DNA from: an uncultured Desulfovibrionaceae bacterium
Lineage (GTDB): Bacteria > Desulfobacterota > Desulfovibrionia > Desulfovibrionales > Desulfovibrionaceae
Direction of reading: 5' to 3'
Assembly (NCBI GenBank): GCA_944324045.1
Contig: CALUUT010000068.1
Coordinates: forward strand, 33,285-97,284
DNA length: 64,000 nt
This document shows, in pieces, positions 55,039 through 64,000 of this stretch; position 1 is the first letter of the stretch, and each line of letters begins with the position of its first letter. The notes beneath the pieces were generated by a model, which was not told the origin of the DNA, ran no database searches, and saw nothing but the letters and a program-made list of their open reading frames with translations. The position numbers and the translations under genes are program-made.

Positions 55039-56289
55039 TTATGCGCGAAGGTACAATCCAGGCATGAGAAACGTATTTTCCGCATAAAGAGTGGCGATAA
55101 GTCCGGGATGCAGTTCCAGACGCCGTTCGCCGCGGTGATTTTCAAGCGTGTATGCGTCTGGCGCAAGGACCGGACGATGCATGCCTGGCGCCATAATTTC
55201 AATGGGCTTGCGGGCATCCCAGCGACTGCGCACATGGACGGACCAGACTCCCGGCTTTTGTTTTTCAAGAATTTTGGCGATGACCGGCTTGCGTTGTTCA
55301 CAGGCCGGCATGGGATACAGGGCACGCTTGCCGCCGGGTAAAAAGAACCCTGTGCCCATAGGGCGCGATGCCGTATTCGCCAACTCAGCAAGATATTCTT
55401 TGTGCGCCAGGGATGGTTTTCGTCCAAGAGCGTCAAGGGCCGTTCTGTACGCATCCACGACATGGGCCGTGTATCCGCCGCTTTTCATCCGGCCTTCGAT
55501 TTTGAGAGCCCGGATGCCGTTTTTGGCGAACCAGCGTACATATTTGATAAGGCAGAGGTCTTCAGGTGCCCAGAGCGTGCTGTAACCGGGAGCTTCCCTG
55601 AGCGCTTCCCACAACAATGAGCCGGGTCGGGTTTTCTCCTCAACTCCAAGCGATATGGCCCGGTATTCAAAGCGGCAAGGGTGGGTGCAGCGGCCAAGGT
55701 TGGCCGGCCGGGCGTTGAGCCATGCGGATAAGAGGCATTGACCGGAAACCGCCAGACACATGGCCCCATGCACAAAGACCTCAAGTTCAACGTCCGGGCA
55801 GCGTCGCGCAATGGCTTTTATGCCTGTAAGGTCCAGTTCGCGGGCCAGATTGACCCTGCAAACGCCCTGATCTTTCCAGAATGCCGCGGACAGCGCGTTT
55901 GTCGTGTTGGCCTGCGTTGAAAGATGCAGGGGCATATGCGGGCATCGTTTGCGTGCAAGGCTGATGACGCCGGGATCTGCGACAATAAGGGCGTCGGGCT
56001 GGTTGGACATGGACGAAAGTCGTTCCAGGACAGTTTCCAGGGCGCGCAGATCATGCTGCCGCGGCAGGGCGTTCAGGCAATAATAGACATGAACGCCCGC
56101 GTTATGGGCCAGTTTCAGCGCTTTTGGCAGAGTATGCTCGTCAAAACCCTGGGAGCCGGCGCGCAGATTGAATTCTTTGCCGGAAAGGTAGACCGCGTCC
56201 GCGCCGTACAGTATGGCGGCTTCAAGTTGTTCCATGTCTCCAGCCGGGCAAAGCAGTTCCGGCCGCGTGATGCGCTCAGGCGTCCGCAT
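55039..56289 (-). CDS. peptidase U32 family protein
   Basis: PELLCPAGDMEQLEAAILYGADAVYLSG, E.FVHGAMC...SGQC and a C-terminal beta-barrel region. Confidence 0.88.
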   Translation of the reverse strand: MRTPERITRPELLCPAGDMEQLEAAILYGADAVYLSGKEFNLRAGSQGFDEHTLPKALKLAHNAGVHVYYCLNALPRQHDLRALETVLERLSSMSNQPDALIVADPGVISLARKRCPHMPLHLSTQANTTNALSAAFWKDQGVCRVNLARELDLTGIKAIARRCPDVELEVFVHGAMCLAVSGQCLLSAWLNARPANLGRCTHPCRFEYRAISLGVEEKTRPGSLLWEALREAPGYSTLWAPEDLCLIKYVRWFAKNGIRALKIEGRMKSGGYTAHVVDAYRTALDALGRKPSLAHKEYLAELANTASRPMGTGFFLPGGKRALYPMPACEQRKPVIAKILEKQKPGVWSVHVRSRWDARKPIEIMAPGMHRPVLAPDAYTLENHRGERRLELHPGLIATLYAENTFLMPGLYLRA

Positions 56290-56755
56290 GGGATTCTTGT
56301 GCCCAGAGGGTCAGCATGTGGATGCGCTCGGATTCGACAAATCCGTGACGTGCGTAAAAACGGCGGGCCGGGGCGTTTGTTTTGGTCGTTTCAAGCGCGA
56401 TGCCCACGAAACCGTTTTTTCTGGCCCATTTTTGCAGCGCGTCAAGAGCCGTCGTCCCGGCGCCGCAGCCGCGCAGTTTCGGATGGATCATAAATTCATC
56501 CAGGAAAAAGAGAAAACCGCCATATTCATTGCTGTAGAGAGAGGTTCCAAGCATGTAGCCCGCGTTTTCGCCTGTTTTTCTTGAACGGAGCAGAAATATA
56601 TACACGCCTTTGCAGGCTAAAGCGGTTGCGCGTTTTACAGCCGTCGGAATGGTTTTAAGGTCCATTATGCCGGCGTGTTCTTTTTCGGAATAGAAAATAT
56701 GCATGAGTTCTTCAATAGCGGCATGGTTTTCTTCCGTTGCCCGTACAAGTTCCAT
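56276..56755 (-). CDS. GNAT-family N-acetyltransferase
   Basis: Acetyl-CoA binding motif HPKLRGCGAGTTALDAL. The ATG at 56755 gives MELVRATEENH. Confidence 0.8.
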   Translation of the reverse strand: MELVRATEENHAAIEELMHIFYSEKEHAGIMDLKTIPTAVKRATALACKGVYIFLLRSRKTGENAGYMLGTSLYSNEYGGFLFFLDEFMIHPKLRGCGAGTTALDALQKWARKNGFVGIALETTKTNAPARRFYARHGFVESERIHMLTLWAQESHADA

Positions 56756-56798
56756 GTTCTTTTCTCCCATACCGGATGGAAATCCGACGTTTTTATTT

Positions 56799-58118
56799 TT
56801 ACTGTAAAGCGAATTTGACGGCAAAGAGGATTGCAAGCACATACGTCAGGCGGGGAATTTCTTTTGCGCGTCCCGTCAATACGGACAATATCACATAGGC
56901 CATGATGCCTATGGCGATGCCTGTGGCGATGCTGTAGGTCAGGGGGATGAGGATAAGAATTAAAAAAGCGGGAATGGATGTGACGTACTTGTCATAATCA
57001 AGATTTTTTATGGGCGACATCATGAAAAGGCCGACAATGATCAGTGCGGGGGCTGTCGCCGCCGGCGGAATCAAAAGGAAAATGGGCGCAAGAAAAAGGG
57101 CGGCCAGAAAGAGCAGGCCTGTGGCCAGCGCAGTCAAACCGGTGCGGCCGCCGGCGGCGACGCCGGCGGAGCTTTCCACGAATGAGGTGACGGTGGAGGT
57201 GCCGAGCATCGCGCCTACGGAAGTGCCTATGGCGTCGGCCAGAAACGCCGGACGGGCCGCAGGCAGCCGTCCGTCCTTGTCCAGAAGGTCGGCTTTGGTC
57301 GCGACTCCGACAAGCGTGCCCACGGTGTCGAACATGTCCATAAAAAGAAACGTGAATACGACAACGAGCATATCCATGGTCAGGATATTGTGAAGTTCAA
57401 ATTGCAGAAACGTGGGCGCAAGGCTTGGGATATTGAAAAGATGCCCGGCGTTGAATTCCGCAAGATTGGTGACGCCAAGCGGGATGCCCAGAAGCGTTGC
57501 CGCAAGCATGCCGATGAGCAAGGCGCCCTTGACCCTGCGCGCCAAAAGCGCGCCTATAAGTAGCGTCCCTATGATGGCGACAAGGGCCCCCGGCGTGGCG
57601 AGCGAGCCCAGGCCAAGGAGGACAGCGTCGTTTCGCACTACAATTCCCGCGTTTTGCAGCCCTATGAATGCGATAAACAGTCCGATGCCTGCGGAAATGG
57701 CCTGCTTAAGCGGCATGGGGATGCTGTTGAGCATGGCCTCGCGAAAATTGGTCATGGTCAGGACAATGAAGATGAGCCCTTCGATGAAAACAGCCGTGAG
57801 CGCGAATTGCCAGGAATGCCCCATGCCGAGGACCACAGTATAGGCGAAAAACGCATTGAGCCCCATTCCAGGCGCCAGACCGACGGGCAGGTTGGCGATA
57901 AACGCCATGATTATGCACGCTATTGCGGAAGAAATGGCTGTGGCCGTGAAAACAGCGGCCGCGTCCATGCCGCAGGCCCCCAGAATTTGCGGATTGACGG
58001 CAAGAATATAGGCCATGGTCATGAACGTGGTCAGACCGGCGCTGATTTCCGTGCGAACCGTGGTCCCTGATTGGTGCAGGCGAAAACGCCGCTCCAGAAA
58101 ACTTGCCGTCTGCGTCAT
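56799..58118 (-). CDS. NCS2/AzgA-family purine (adenine/guanine/hypoxanthine) permease
   Basis: RTEISAGLTTFMTMAYILAVNPQIL start and FMDMFDTVGTLVGV. Start at ATG 58118 or 58127. Confidence 0.88.
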   Translation of the reverse strand: MTQTASFLERRFRLHQSGTTVRTEISAGLTTFMTMAYILAVNPQILGACGMDAAAVFTATAISSAIACIIMAFIANLPVGLAPGMGLNAFFAYTVVLGMGHSWQFALTAVFIEGLIFIVLTMTNFREAMLNSIPMPLKQAISAGIGLFIAFIGLQNAGIVVRNDAVLLGLGSLATPGALVAIIGTLLIGALLARRVKGALLIGMLAATLLGIPLGVTNLAEFNAGHLFNIPSLAPTFLQFELHNILTMDMLVVVFTFLFMDMFDTVGTLVGVATKADLLDKDGRLPAARPAFLADAIGTSVGAMLGTSTVTSFVESSAGVAAGGRTGLTALATGLLFLAALFLAPIFLLIPPAATAPALIIVGLFMMSPIKNLDYDKYVTSIPAFLILILIPLTYSIATGIAIGIMAYVILSVLTGRAKEIPRLTYVLAILFAVKFALQ

Positions 58119-58219
58119 GATATGCATCCTGGTTACTATTTTTGGAAGAGACGCCGCTTGGCTGCAAAGAATGTCCGCCAGCCGCACCCCATATGGCGAG
58201 CAAGACGTAATACATATTT

Positions 58220-58873
58220 TTACGGCAGACGTCCAGGATAGACCACATCCCTGCACAGCCCGCGTTCTTCAGCCCTTTTCCAGGGCTGGCATTCGCCCTG
58301 ATCGCACGCCGCCTGCAGATTGCGGCATCCCGCGACAGCGTCGTTGTTATGGAAATTCACTTCGGCCATGGCGACAAGCACAATAGGCAGTTTGTCGTCC
58401 ATGACCAGGGCGCGGCGCGCGTCTTTTTCAGCCCCAAGAAAATTGCCGCTGTCGGAAAAAATAAGACTGCGCGCGGCATAGTTGAAAGCGTCAGGCTTAA
58501 GCACAATCGCCTTGGTGGCGTCTTCTTCGGCTCCGTCCCAGTATTTCAGGTCTTTATAGGCAAGGGCGCGCAGTCTGAGCGCTTCGACGTTCTCCGGTTC
58601 GCCACGCAAAGCCTGGGTAAGCAAAGCGGCGGCCTTGCGAGGCTCGGAGCATACTGTGCTCTCATTCCATAAGCGGCGCGCCTGGACAAGAATTTTTTCA
58701 ACCTGGGGATGCTGCCGCTGCGGGCGCGACGTTTCGGGCTTTGCGGGCGCGGGAGCCGTTTTTTCGGATTGGGGCGGTTTGGCCTTTTCTCCTTCAAAAA
58801 TTTCAAGAAACGAGAGCGGGCTACAGCCGGAAAGGCAGAAAACGCAGGCCAATACGGCAAGAAAACGAATCAT
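58220..58873 (-). CDS. TPR-repeat lipoprotein
   Basis: MIRFLAVLACVFCLSGC lipobox and TPR-like repeats. Confidence 0.7.
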   Translation of the reverse strand: MIRFLAVLACVFCLSGCSPLSFLEIFEGEKAKPPQSEKTAPAPAKPETSRPQRQHPQVEKILVQARRLWNESTVCSEPRKAAALLTQALRGEPENVEALRLRALAYKDLKYWDGAEEDATKAIVLKPDAFNYAARSLIFSDSGNFLGAEKDARRALVMDDKLPIVLVAMAEVNFHNNDAVAGCRNLQAACDQGECQPWKRAEERGLCRDVVYPGRLP

Positions 58874-59356
58874 GTATTTTCCTCCCTGCACATATATTTT
58901 ATAAGTATAAACTATGAGACAGTAAGAGAAAAGGCATTTTCAATTTTATAAAAAATAATTATTTCAATATATTGAGAAAATAGTTCCATATGGAGAAAGC
59001 CCGAACATGCCGCGCGGTGCGGGAGAATGGCGGCATGTTCGGGCCGGGCGGGAATCGGTTTGCGTCAGGGGGCGCCGACGGCATGCGCGGCATATCTGCA
59101 AACCGGTAAGCAATATATAGCTTATTTTATATTTTTTCGAAAGGGGGTAAAAGGCAAAAAAAGCAATTTTTTATATAACACTATATTATTATTGATATAT
59201 TTTTGAATTATAATTTTTTTGATTTTAAAAATAAATTGTTATGCCATAAAAATGTATGCCAATAAAAGCAATTTATGATATATTTATCAAATAATAATTA
59301 TTTATTGAGGTATTAAATAGAATAGTTTATTGTTTTTTTAAGGGAAAGGAGGACAT

Positions 59357-59860
59357 ATGCATTTTTTTCAATCAATCAGAACTATTACCTCGTTCATCAT
59401 GCATATGGAGCGCTGGATGTCCTACTCATTGGACAAAGAGCGCGCCAGGCTATGCAGAAATGGCCTTATTGAGTTGCGGACAAATATATATGAGTATGAC
59501 GCTCATGTTCAGGCGGCGGCTTTTTTCAGAGATGAGCTTCTTATGCTTTTGACTGGAAAGGCGAACGACGATGTTGTTTTTGCGTTGATTGAAGACCTTG
59601 CGGTCATCATGCGGGAGAAGGCCTTACGCTGCCCGATGGCGACGTCTGGAGAAAAAAGAATTTTTGAGTATTTTGAACAGAGCGGCAATTGGGAGATTGA
59701 AGATGGAACGCTGGTTTCAATGTTCTATTATGTATATATACCTGCTGCTGTTGAACGGGACAGAACCTGCAGGTCTTTGGCTCATGCGCGGCGAAAGATT
59801 CAGCCGGCAAGGAAGCCCAGGCCGGTTTCCGGGCGTTCGCTTGCAATGCGTGGATATTGA
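59357..59860 (+). CDS. hypothetical protein (167 aa)
   Basis: Strong SD AAAGGAGGA 5 nt upstream. Preceded by about 250 nt of extremely AT-rich DNA. No family recognised. Confidence 0.5.
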   Translation: MHFFQSIRTITSFIMHMERWMSYSLDKERARLCRNGLIELRTNIYEYDAHVQAAAFFRDELLMLLTGKANDDVVFALIEDLAVIMREKALRCPMATSGEKRIFEYFEQSGNWEIEDGTLVSMFYYVYIPAAVERDRTCRSLAHARRKIQPARKPRPVSGRSLAMRGY

Positions 59861-60107
59861 CAGCGTGTCGTCTTCATACTAGTTGGAGCCGTTGATCTGA
59901 TTTTTTTGCAAAATAATTTTTTATTGATGGATTTGGACCGTACAGGCGCGCTGACAGGACTGGATGCGATATCTTTGAGACGACATGACGCACAGGTGTG
60001 AATGGAACATTTTTGAGGAAACAAGGCCGGCGCTTTTTGCTTTCCGCCGCGCCGTTGCACGTGTATTTCCGGATGCGCCGCATTTTCGCCGGTCTTTGAA
60101 AAAATCC

Positions 60108-60692
60108 ATGGCGCATACATTTTGCCGCTTGGCCGCCGGTGCGGCGTGCCTTGCTTTTTTGACTCTGCATGTTGCATGTGTAAGCGTTTTTGCGCAGGAA
60201 AGCAGTGCGTCTGTGGATGAGGAAGCCTGGATTACCATGCCGGAAGGCAACCGCGCCACGTTTGTAGGCATCCATGGCGGGACGGTTCCCATTACCATTT
60301 TTTCTTCTGAGGACGGCAAGATGGTCGCTTTGCCCGGCAATTCGGGCAAGGACTTTTTGAATATTTTAAGAGGCGTCGCCTCAAGCGATATCAGCGGCGC
60401 GGAAAGCGGGGCCTTTGTGCTGCAGGGAGCCCCGGCTGACAAGCCTTCACAGATAAACACCTTTGACTGGAGCCGCAAAACGGACGGCGTGACCGGACAG
60501 TGGATTCCTTTGGGACTCAAGCCGGAATCGCCGCATGACAGACTCCGGGCGGAAGCCAGGCGTCTGCGGTATGAAGCCGAAAGGCGCGAGGCCGGCATCA
60601 AAACCATTATGGCGCTTAAGCCGTTGCAGAAAATTTATCCGAACAGAGAGCGGTTCCGGTCTGTCGATCTTGGGAAAATCCTCCACATCTAA
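60108..60692 (+). CDS. hypothetical secreted protein
   Basis: The ATG at 60108 gives the signal peptide MAHTFCRLAAGAACLAFLTLHVACVSVFAQE. No family recognised. Confidence 0.5.
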   Translation: MAHTFCRLAAGAACLAFLTLHVACVSVFAQESSASVDEEAWITMPEGNRATFVGIHGGTVPITIFSSEDGKMVALPGNSGKDFLNILRGVASSDISGAESGAFVLQGAPADKPSQINTFDWSRKTDGVTGQWIPLGLKPESPHDRLRAEARRLRYEAERREAGIKTIMALKPLQKIYPNRERFRSVDLGKILHI

Positions 60693-60776
60693 GTCGCGTT
60701 TGCCGCGCAAGGCGCGCGCGTTGGACGGCATGGCGCGGTTTCCGCCGTCGCGTTGTTTTGGATGTTTTTTACTGTG

Positions 60777-62237
60777 TCATTTTTCTGACAACTCTGAATC
60801 GTGCGCTATCGCCGCGGCCTGTTGCAGGGATTTGGCGACAAGCGGGAACTCTTCTTCGGCAATGGTCCGCGGGTCAAGAAGAAAGCCGTTGTCTTCAATT
60901 CTGCCCAAAACCGGCGTATCCGCATGCAGAAGGGCCGCGCGCAGGCTTTCGACTGTGAAAGACGACGCAGTCGGCTCAAGGCATACAAGGCTTGTGGGCA
61001 AGTCCCGCTCAGGGAAGGCGCCGCCGCCTATGCGCGAGCACCCGGGGCGTATGCGCGCCGTGACCGGCGCCCCGGCGTTTTTTAAAGCGGCTTCAAGAAT
61101 GTCGGCCAGTTTTTCGGCTTTTTGGCGCAACAGGGGTTCAGGCAGAAGAATCATGTTCAGCGTGGGAACATGGCGGGCCGCCATACCCGGCTCAAGGTAC
61201 AGCTCAAGTGTGGCTTCAAGCGCGGCAAGCGTCAGTTTGTCCAGACGCAGCACGCGGGCCAGGGGATTTTTTTTCAAAACCTCGATATATTTTTTCCGGC
61301 CGGCAATAATCCCGGCCTGGGGCCCGCCCAGTATTTTGTCGCCGCTAAAGAGAATCAGGTCCGCTCCGTCCGCGGCTATGCGTTGCGCCATGGGCTCGTC
61401 CTGCGACAGACAGGCGAATTCCGCGGCGGCGTGGGATGCGAAATCATACAGGTTGCCGCTGCCAAGATCCACAAAAACCGGGATGCCGCGCTGCTTTCCA
61501 AGCAGGGCCACATCCCGGACCGACGCCTCTTCATGAAAGCCCGTTATCCGGTAGTTTGAAGGATGCACCTTCATGAGCGCCGCCGTATTTTCCGTTATGG
61601 CCTGCGCGTAGTCTCCGATTCGGGTGCGGTTGGTCGTTCCCACTTCGCGCAGGAGCGCGCCGCTTTTGGTCATGATATCGGGAATGCGGAATGAGCCGCC
61701 TATTTCCACAAGTTCCCCGCGCGAGAGAATGACCTCTTTTCCCCGGCAGAACGTGTCCAGCACAAGAAACACGGCCGCCGCATTATTGTTTACCGCAAGC
61801 GCCGCCTCTGTTTTGACGATGCGGCATAGAAGCGGCTCCACATGGGAATGCCGGCTCCCCCGCAAGCCTGTGCGCAGGTCAAGTTCAAGGTTCGTGTAGT
61901 ATTTTCCGGCCATGAGCACGGCGTCCAGGGCTTTTTGGGATAAAAGGGAGCGGCCGAGATTCGTATGCGCCACAATGCCGGTGCCGTTTATTACTTGCCG
62001 CAGGGACGCATATCGTGCCGTGCGGACGAAATCGCGCAATTCAGGAAGCAATGCGGCAAGGGCCAGCTCCTTTTCATCACGGATTGTTCCGTTGCGAACG
62101 GCATTGCGTTTTCCGTCAAGGAATGCGTTGATCGCATCGCGCAGCAACGTGCGCGGAATGTTCCGGAATGTTTCGGTTTCGCTCAGGGCTGCAAGCAGAA
62201 CATCCACGGCGGGCAGGCGGCGAAAAAGTCGGTTCAT
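60777..62237 (-). CDS. selA: L-seryl-tRNA(Sec) selenium transferase
   Basis: SelA N-domain (LPAVDVLL...), INGTGIVAHTNLGRS, and the PLP lysine region FSGDKILGGPQAGII. Confidence 0.93.
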   Translation of the reverse strand: MNRLFRRLPAVDVLLAALSETETFRNIPRTLLRDAINAFLDGKRNAVRNGTIRDEKELALAALLPELRDFVRTARYASLRQVINGTGIVAHTNLGRSLLSQKALDAVLMAGKYYTNLELDLRTGLRGSRHSHVEPLLCRIVKTEAALAVNNNAAAVFLVLDTFCRGKEVILSRGELVEIGGSFRIPDIMTKSGALLREVGTTNRTRIGDYAQAITENTAALMKVHPSNYRITGFHEEASVRDVALLGKQRGIPVFVDLGSGNLYDFASHAAAEFACLSQDEPMAQRIAADGADLILFSGDKILGGPQAGIIAGRKKYIEVLKKNPLARVLRLDKLTLAALEATLELYLEPGMAARHVPTLNMILLPEPLLRQKAEKLADILEAALKNAGAPVTARIRPGCSRIGGGAFPERDLPTSLVCLEPTASSFTVESLRAALLHADTPVLGRIEDNGFLLDPRTIAEEEFPLVAKSLQQAAAIAHDSELSEK

Positions 62238-63514
62238 GCATACGCCTCATTAAGGTATGTGGGATAGAGGTCATAAAAAACAGCCAGGAGATAGAGCGAA
62301 CCGCATATGAGCACAGGACCGGCGGCAGGCGCGTTGCGTCCTTTTGTTGCCGGAATGCGGCGGACATGCTGCATGGCGTTTTCCAGCGCGTCGCGCAGAC
62401 TGGGCATAGGGCGGGCCCGGTCGCCGAGTTTCGCGGCAATGAGCGCAGGGTCGGCCGCGCGCGGATTGCGCTCGACAGGCGGAACAAAAATCGGGCCGCT
62501 TGTAAGTCCGGGCAGCATGTCCAAAACCGCATCCATTTTTTTATCCCCAAGGCAGGAAAAAATAATGGCCGCCGGGAGCGGAGAACGGGCGCGTATGGCA
62601 TGCGCGAGAGCCGTAAGCCCGTGCGCGTTGTGCGCGCCGTCCAAAAGCAGGGCCGGGTGTTCCGGTGTCGCCGGGATATATTGCAGTCTGCCTGGAATGA
62701 ATGCGCGTTCCAGGCCATGGCGTTCTTTGTCCGGCGTGGAGGGTATGCCGAGCTTTGCCGCCAGGGAACGCCATGCGGCCAAAGCCAGAGACGCATTTGT
62801 TTTTTGATGCGCCCCGGCCAGGCCAAGAGGGATTTCAGCCGGAAGCTGTTCCGGGCCGGTCAGAACAAACGGGCAGGCGCGCTCGCGCGCTATCTGGCGC
62901 AATACGGCGAGCGCCGCGGGTTGTTGGGGCGCGCAGAAGGCGGGTATGCCTTTTTGCATGGCCTGGGCTTTGTCTGTGGCTATGGCTTCGAGCGTATCGC
63001 CAAGAATGGCCTGATGGTCAAGATCAATGGGCGTAAACAGGGTCATGTCCATAGATATGGCGCTCGTCGCATCATGCGCCCCGCCAAGGCCGGCCTCCAG
63101 CACCGCCAGATCGACGCCGGCGGTCTTGAAGGCCAGCAAAGCCAGAACCGTGAGAAATTCAAAATACGTGAGCTTTGCGCCGCCTGCGGCCATGACTTCC
63201 CGCGCGAGAGCGAGGCATGCTTCCTTTGAAGCCGGCGCGCCGTCTATGCGGATGCGTTCCCGGAAATCCACAAAGTGCGGGGAGGTGTACAGCCCTGTGC
63301 GCAGACCGTGCGCTCTGGCCAGAGACGCCAGAAACGTGGCGGTGGAGCCCTTTCCGTTCGTGCCCACGACATGGACTGCCGGATACGGCGGGCGCGATAC
63401 GCCAAGCCGGACGAGACACGCGCCCACCCGGTCGAGAGTCAGGTCCATGTGAAAAAAGCCAAGACGGTCCAGGTAGGACAATATGTCCCCAAATGTGCGG
63501 AATTCGTGATTCAT
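62234..63514 (-). CDS. folC: bifunctional folylpolyglutamate synthase / dihydrofolate synthase
   Basis: VVGTNGKGSTATFL P-loop, TSPHFVDFRERI and DGAHN. Its stop overlaps the selA start (ATGA). Confidence 0.92.
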   Translation of the reverse strand: MNHEFRTFGDILSYLDRLGFFHMDLTLDRVGACLVRLGVSRPPYPAVHVVGTNGKGSTATFLASLARAHGLRTGLYTSPHFVDFRERIRIDGAPASKEACLALAREVMAAGGAKLTYFEFLTVLALLAFKTAGVDLAVLEAGLGGAHDATSAISMDMTLFTPIDLDHQAILGDTLEAIATDKAQAMQKGIPAFCAPQQPAALAVLRQIARERACPFVLTGPEQLPAEIPLGLAGAHQKTNASLALAAWRSLAAKLGIPSTPDKERHGLERAFIPGRLQYIPATPEHPALLLDGAHNAHGLTALAHAIRARSPLPAAIIFSCLGDKKMDAVLDMLPGLTSGPIFVPPVERNPRAADPALIAAKLGDRARPMPSLRDALENAMQHVRRIPATKGRNAPAAGPVLICGSLYLLAVFYDLYPTYLNEAYA

Positions 63515-63630
63515 TTGCGGTTAGTAGAAGAGGGCAGGCGCTTCCGTCAAGGGTCAAAATGCAAAATCTTGAAGTTTGCCGGGCAACAGGGCTTGACCGT
63601 AAAGAGGAACTTGCGTAACAAAGCGTTCAC

Positions 63631-63707
63631 GCGCCATTAGCTCAGTCGGATAGAGCATCTGCCTTCTAAGCAGACGGCCGGGCGTTCGAATCGCTCATGG
63701 CGCGCCA
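63631..63707 (+). tRNA. tRNA-Arg (TCT)
   Basis: GCGCCATTAGCTCAGTCGGATAGAGCA TCTGC CTTCTAA GCAGA ...GTTCGAATCGCTCATGGCGCGCCA. Anticodon UCU. Confidence 0.95.
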
Positions 63708-63715
63708 TATTTTCA

Positions 63716-63752
63716 GGCGCTTGCAGGTATTCAGCAAGCGCCTTTTCTTTTT
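63716..63752 (+). terminator. intrinsic terminator after tRNA-Arg
   Basis: ggcgcttgc / aggtattca / gcaagcgcc followed by ttttcttttt. Confidence 0.8.
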
Positions 63753-64000
63753 GGGCACATGTTGCGGGCACATGAGATTATATCCGGCAGAAAGACCGTT
63801 GTGGTCTATTATGGGTATAGGGGGGCAGAAGAAATGAGCATGACGGGATGGCGTCATCCAGTCGGCTGGATGCAGGCTATATATGTAGTAGGCTAGGCGC
63901 GGGCTTATAGTGGTTCGGCGTCGTAAAAAGGCCACAAAAAAAGACTTGAGAACGGACCAGGCTCTTTCAAGTGCGTTTTCGCATGGCAAATGAGAACAGA

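Noticed and set aside
60535-63229. Plus-strand ORFs 60535-61536 (333 aa) and 62168-63229 (353 aa)
   Set aside because: They are antisense to selA and folC and give Arg/Ser/Ala-rich low-complexity products.

Overview
GC-rich chromosomal segment that looks like Desulfovibrionaceae. This is an inference from gene content and from fliR-flhB-flhA-flhF-flhG-fliA-cheY-fliL synteny next to a stand-alone IMP cyclohydrolase. Most of the window is housekeeping: lepA-lepB, comM, tgt, der, topA, hflX, folC-selA, xth, four tRNAs and a polar-flagellum export/regulation cluster at 42.5-51.2 kb. Five things stand out. (1) The left 7.6 kb holds three tandem full-length vgrG (T6SS spike) paralogs with no adaptor, PAAR or effector genes between them. 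The third is missing from the ORF track because it runs off the window edge, and it carries a C-terminal extension. (2) An unlisted 93-codon HesB/IscA-like selenoprotein gene (20278-20559) has an in-frame UGA aligned to Cys in a paralog 2.2 kb away. A SECIS-like hairpin follows the UGA, and selA lies in the same window. (3) A roughly 125-165 nt intergenic element occurs three times (10.6, 22.1 and 37.4 kb). It has hairpin potential, a variable stem and, for two copies, its own intrinsic terminator, so it is a candidate multi-copy structured sRNA. (4) A sigma54-type promoter precedes a signal-peptide-less protein that may have a lysozyme-like C-terminus. This gene borders an AT-richer islet of orphan genes. 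(5) A class A beta-lactamase is translationally coupled to gntR-maf-pgpA. No CRISPR array, rRNA, transposase or integrase was seen.
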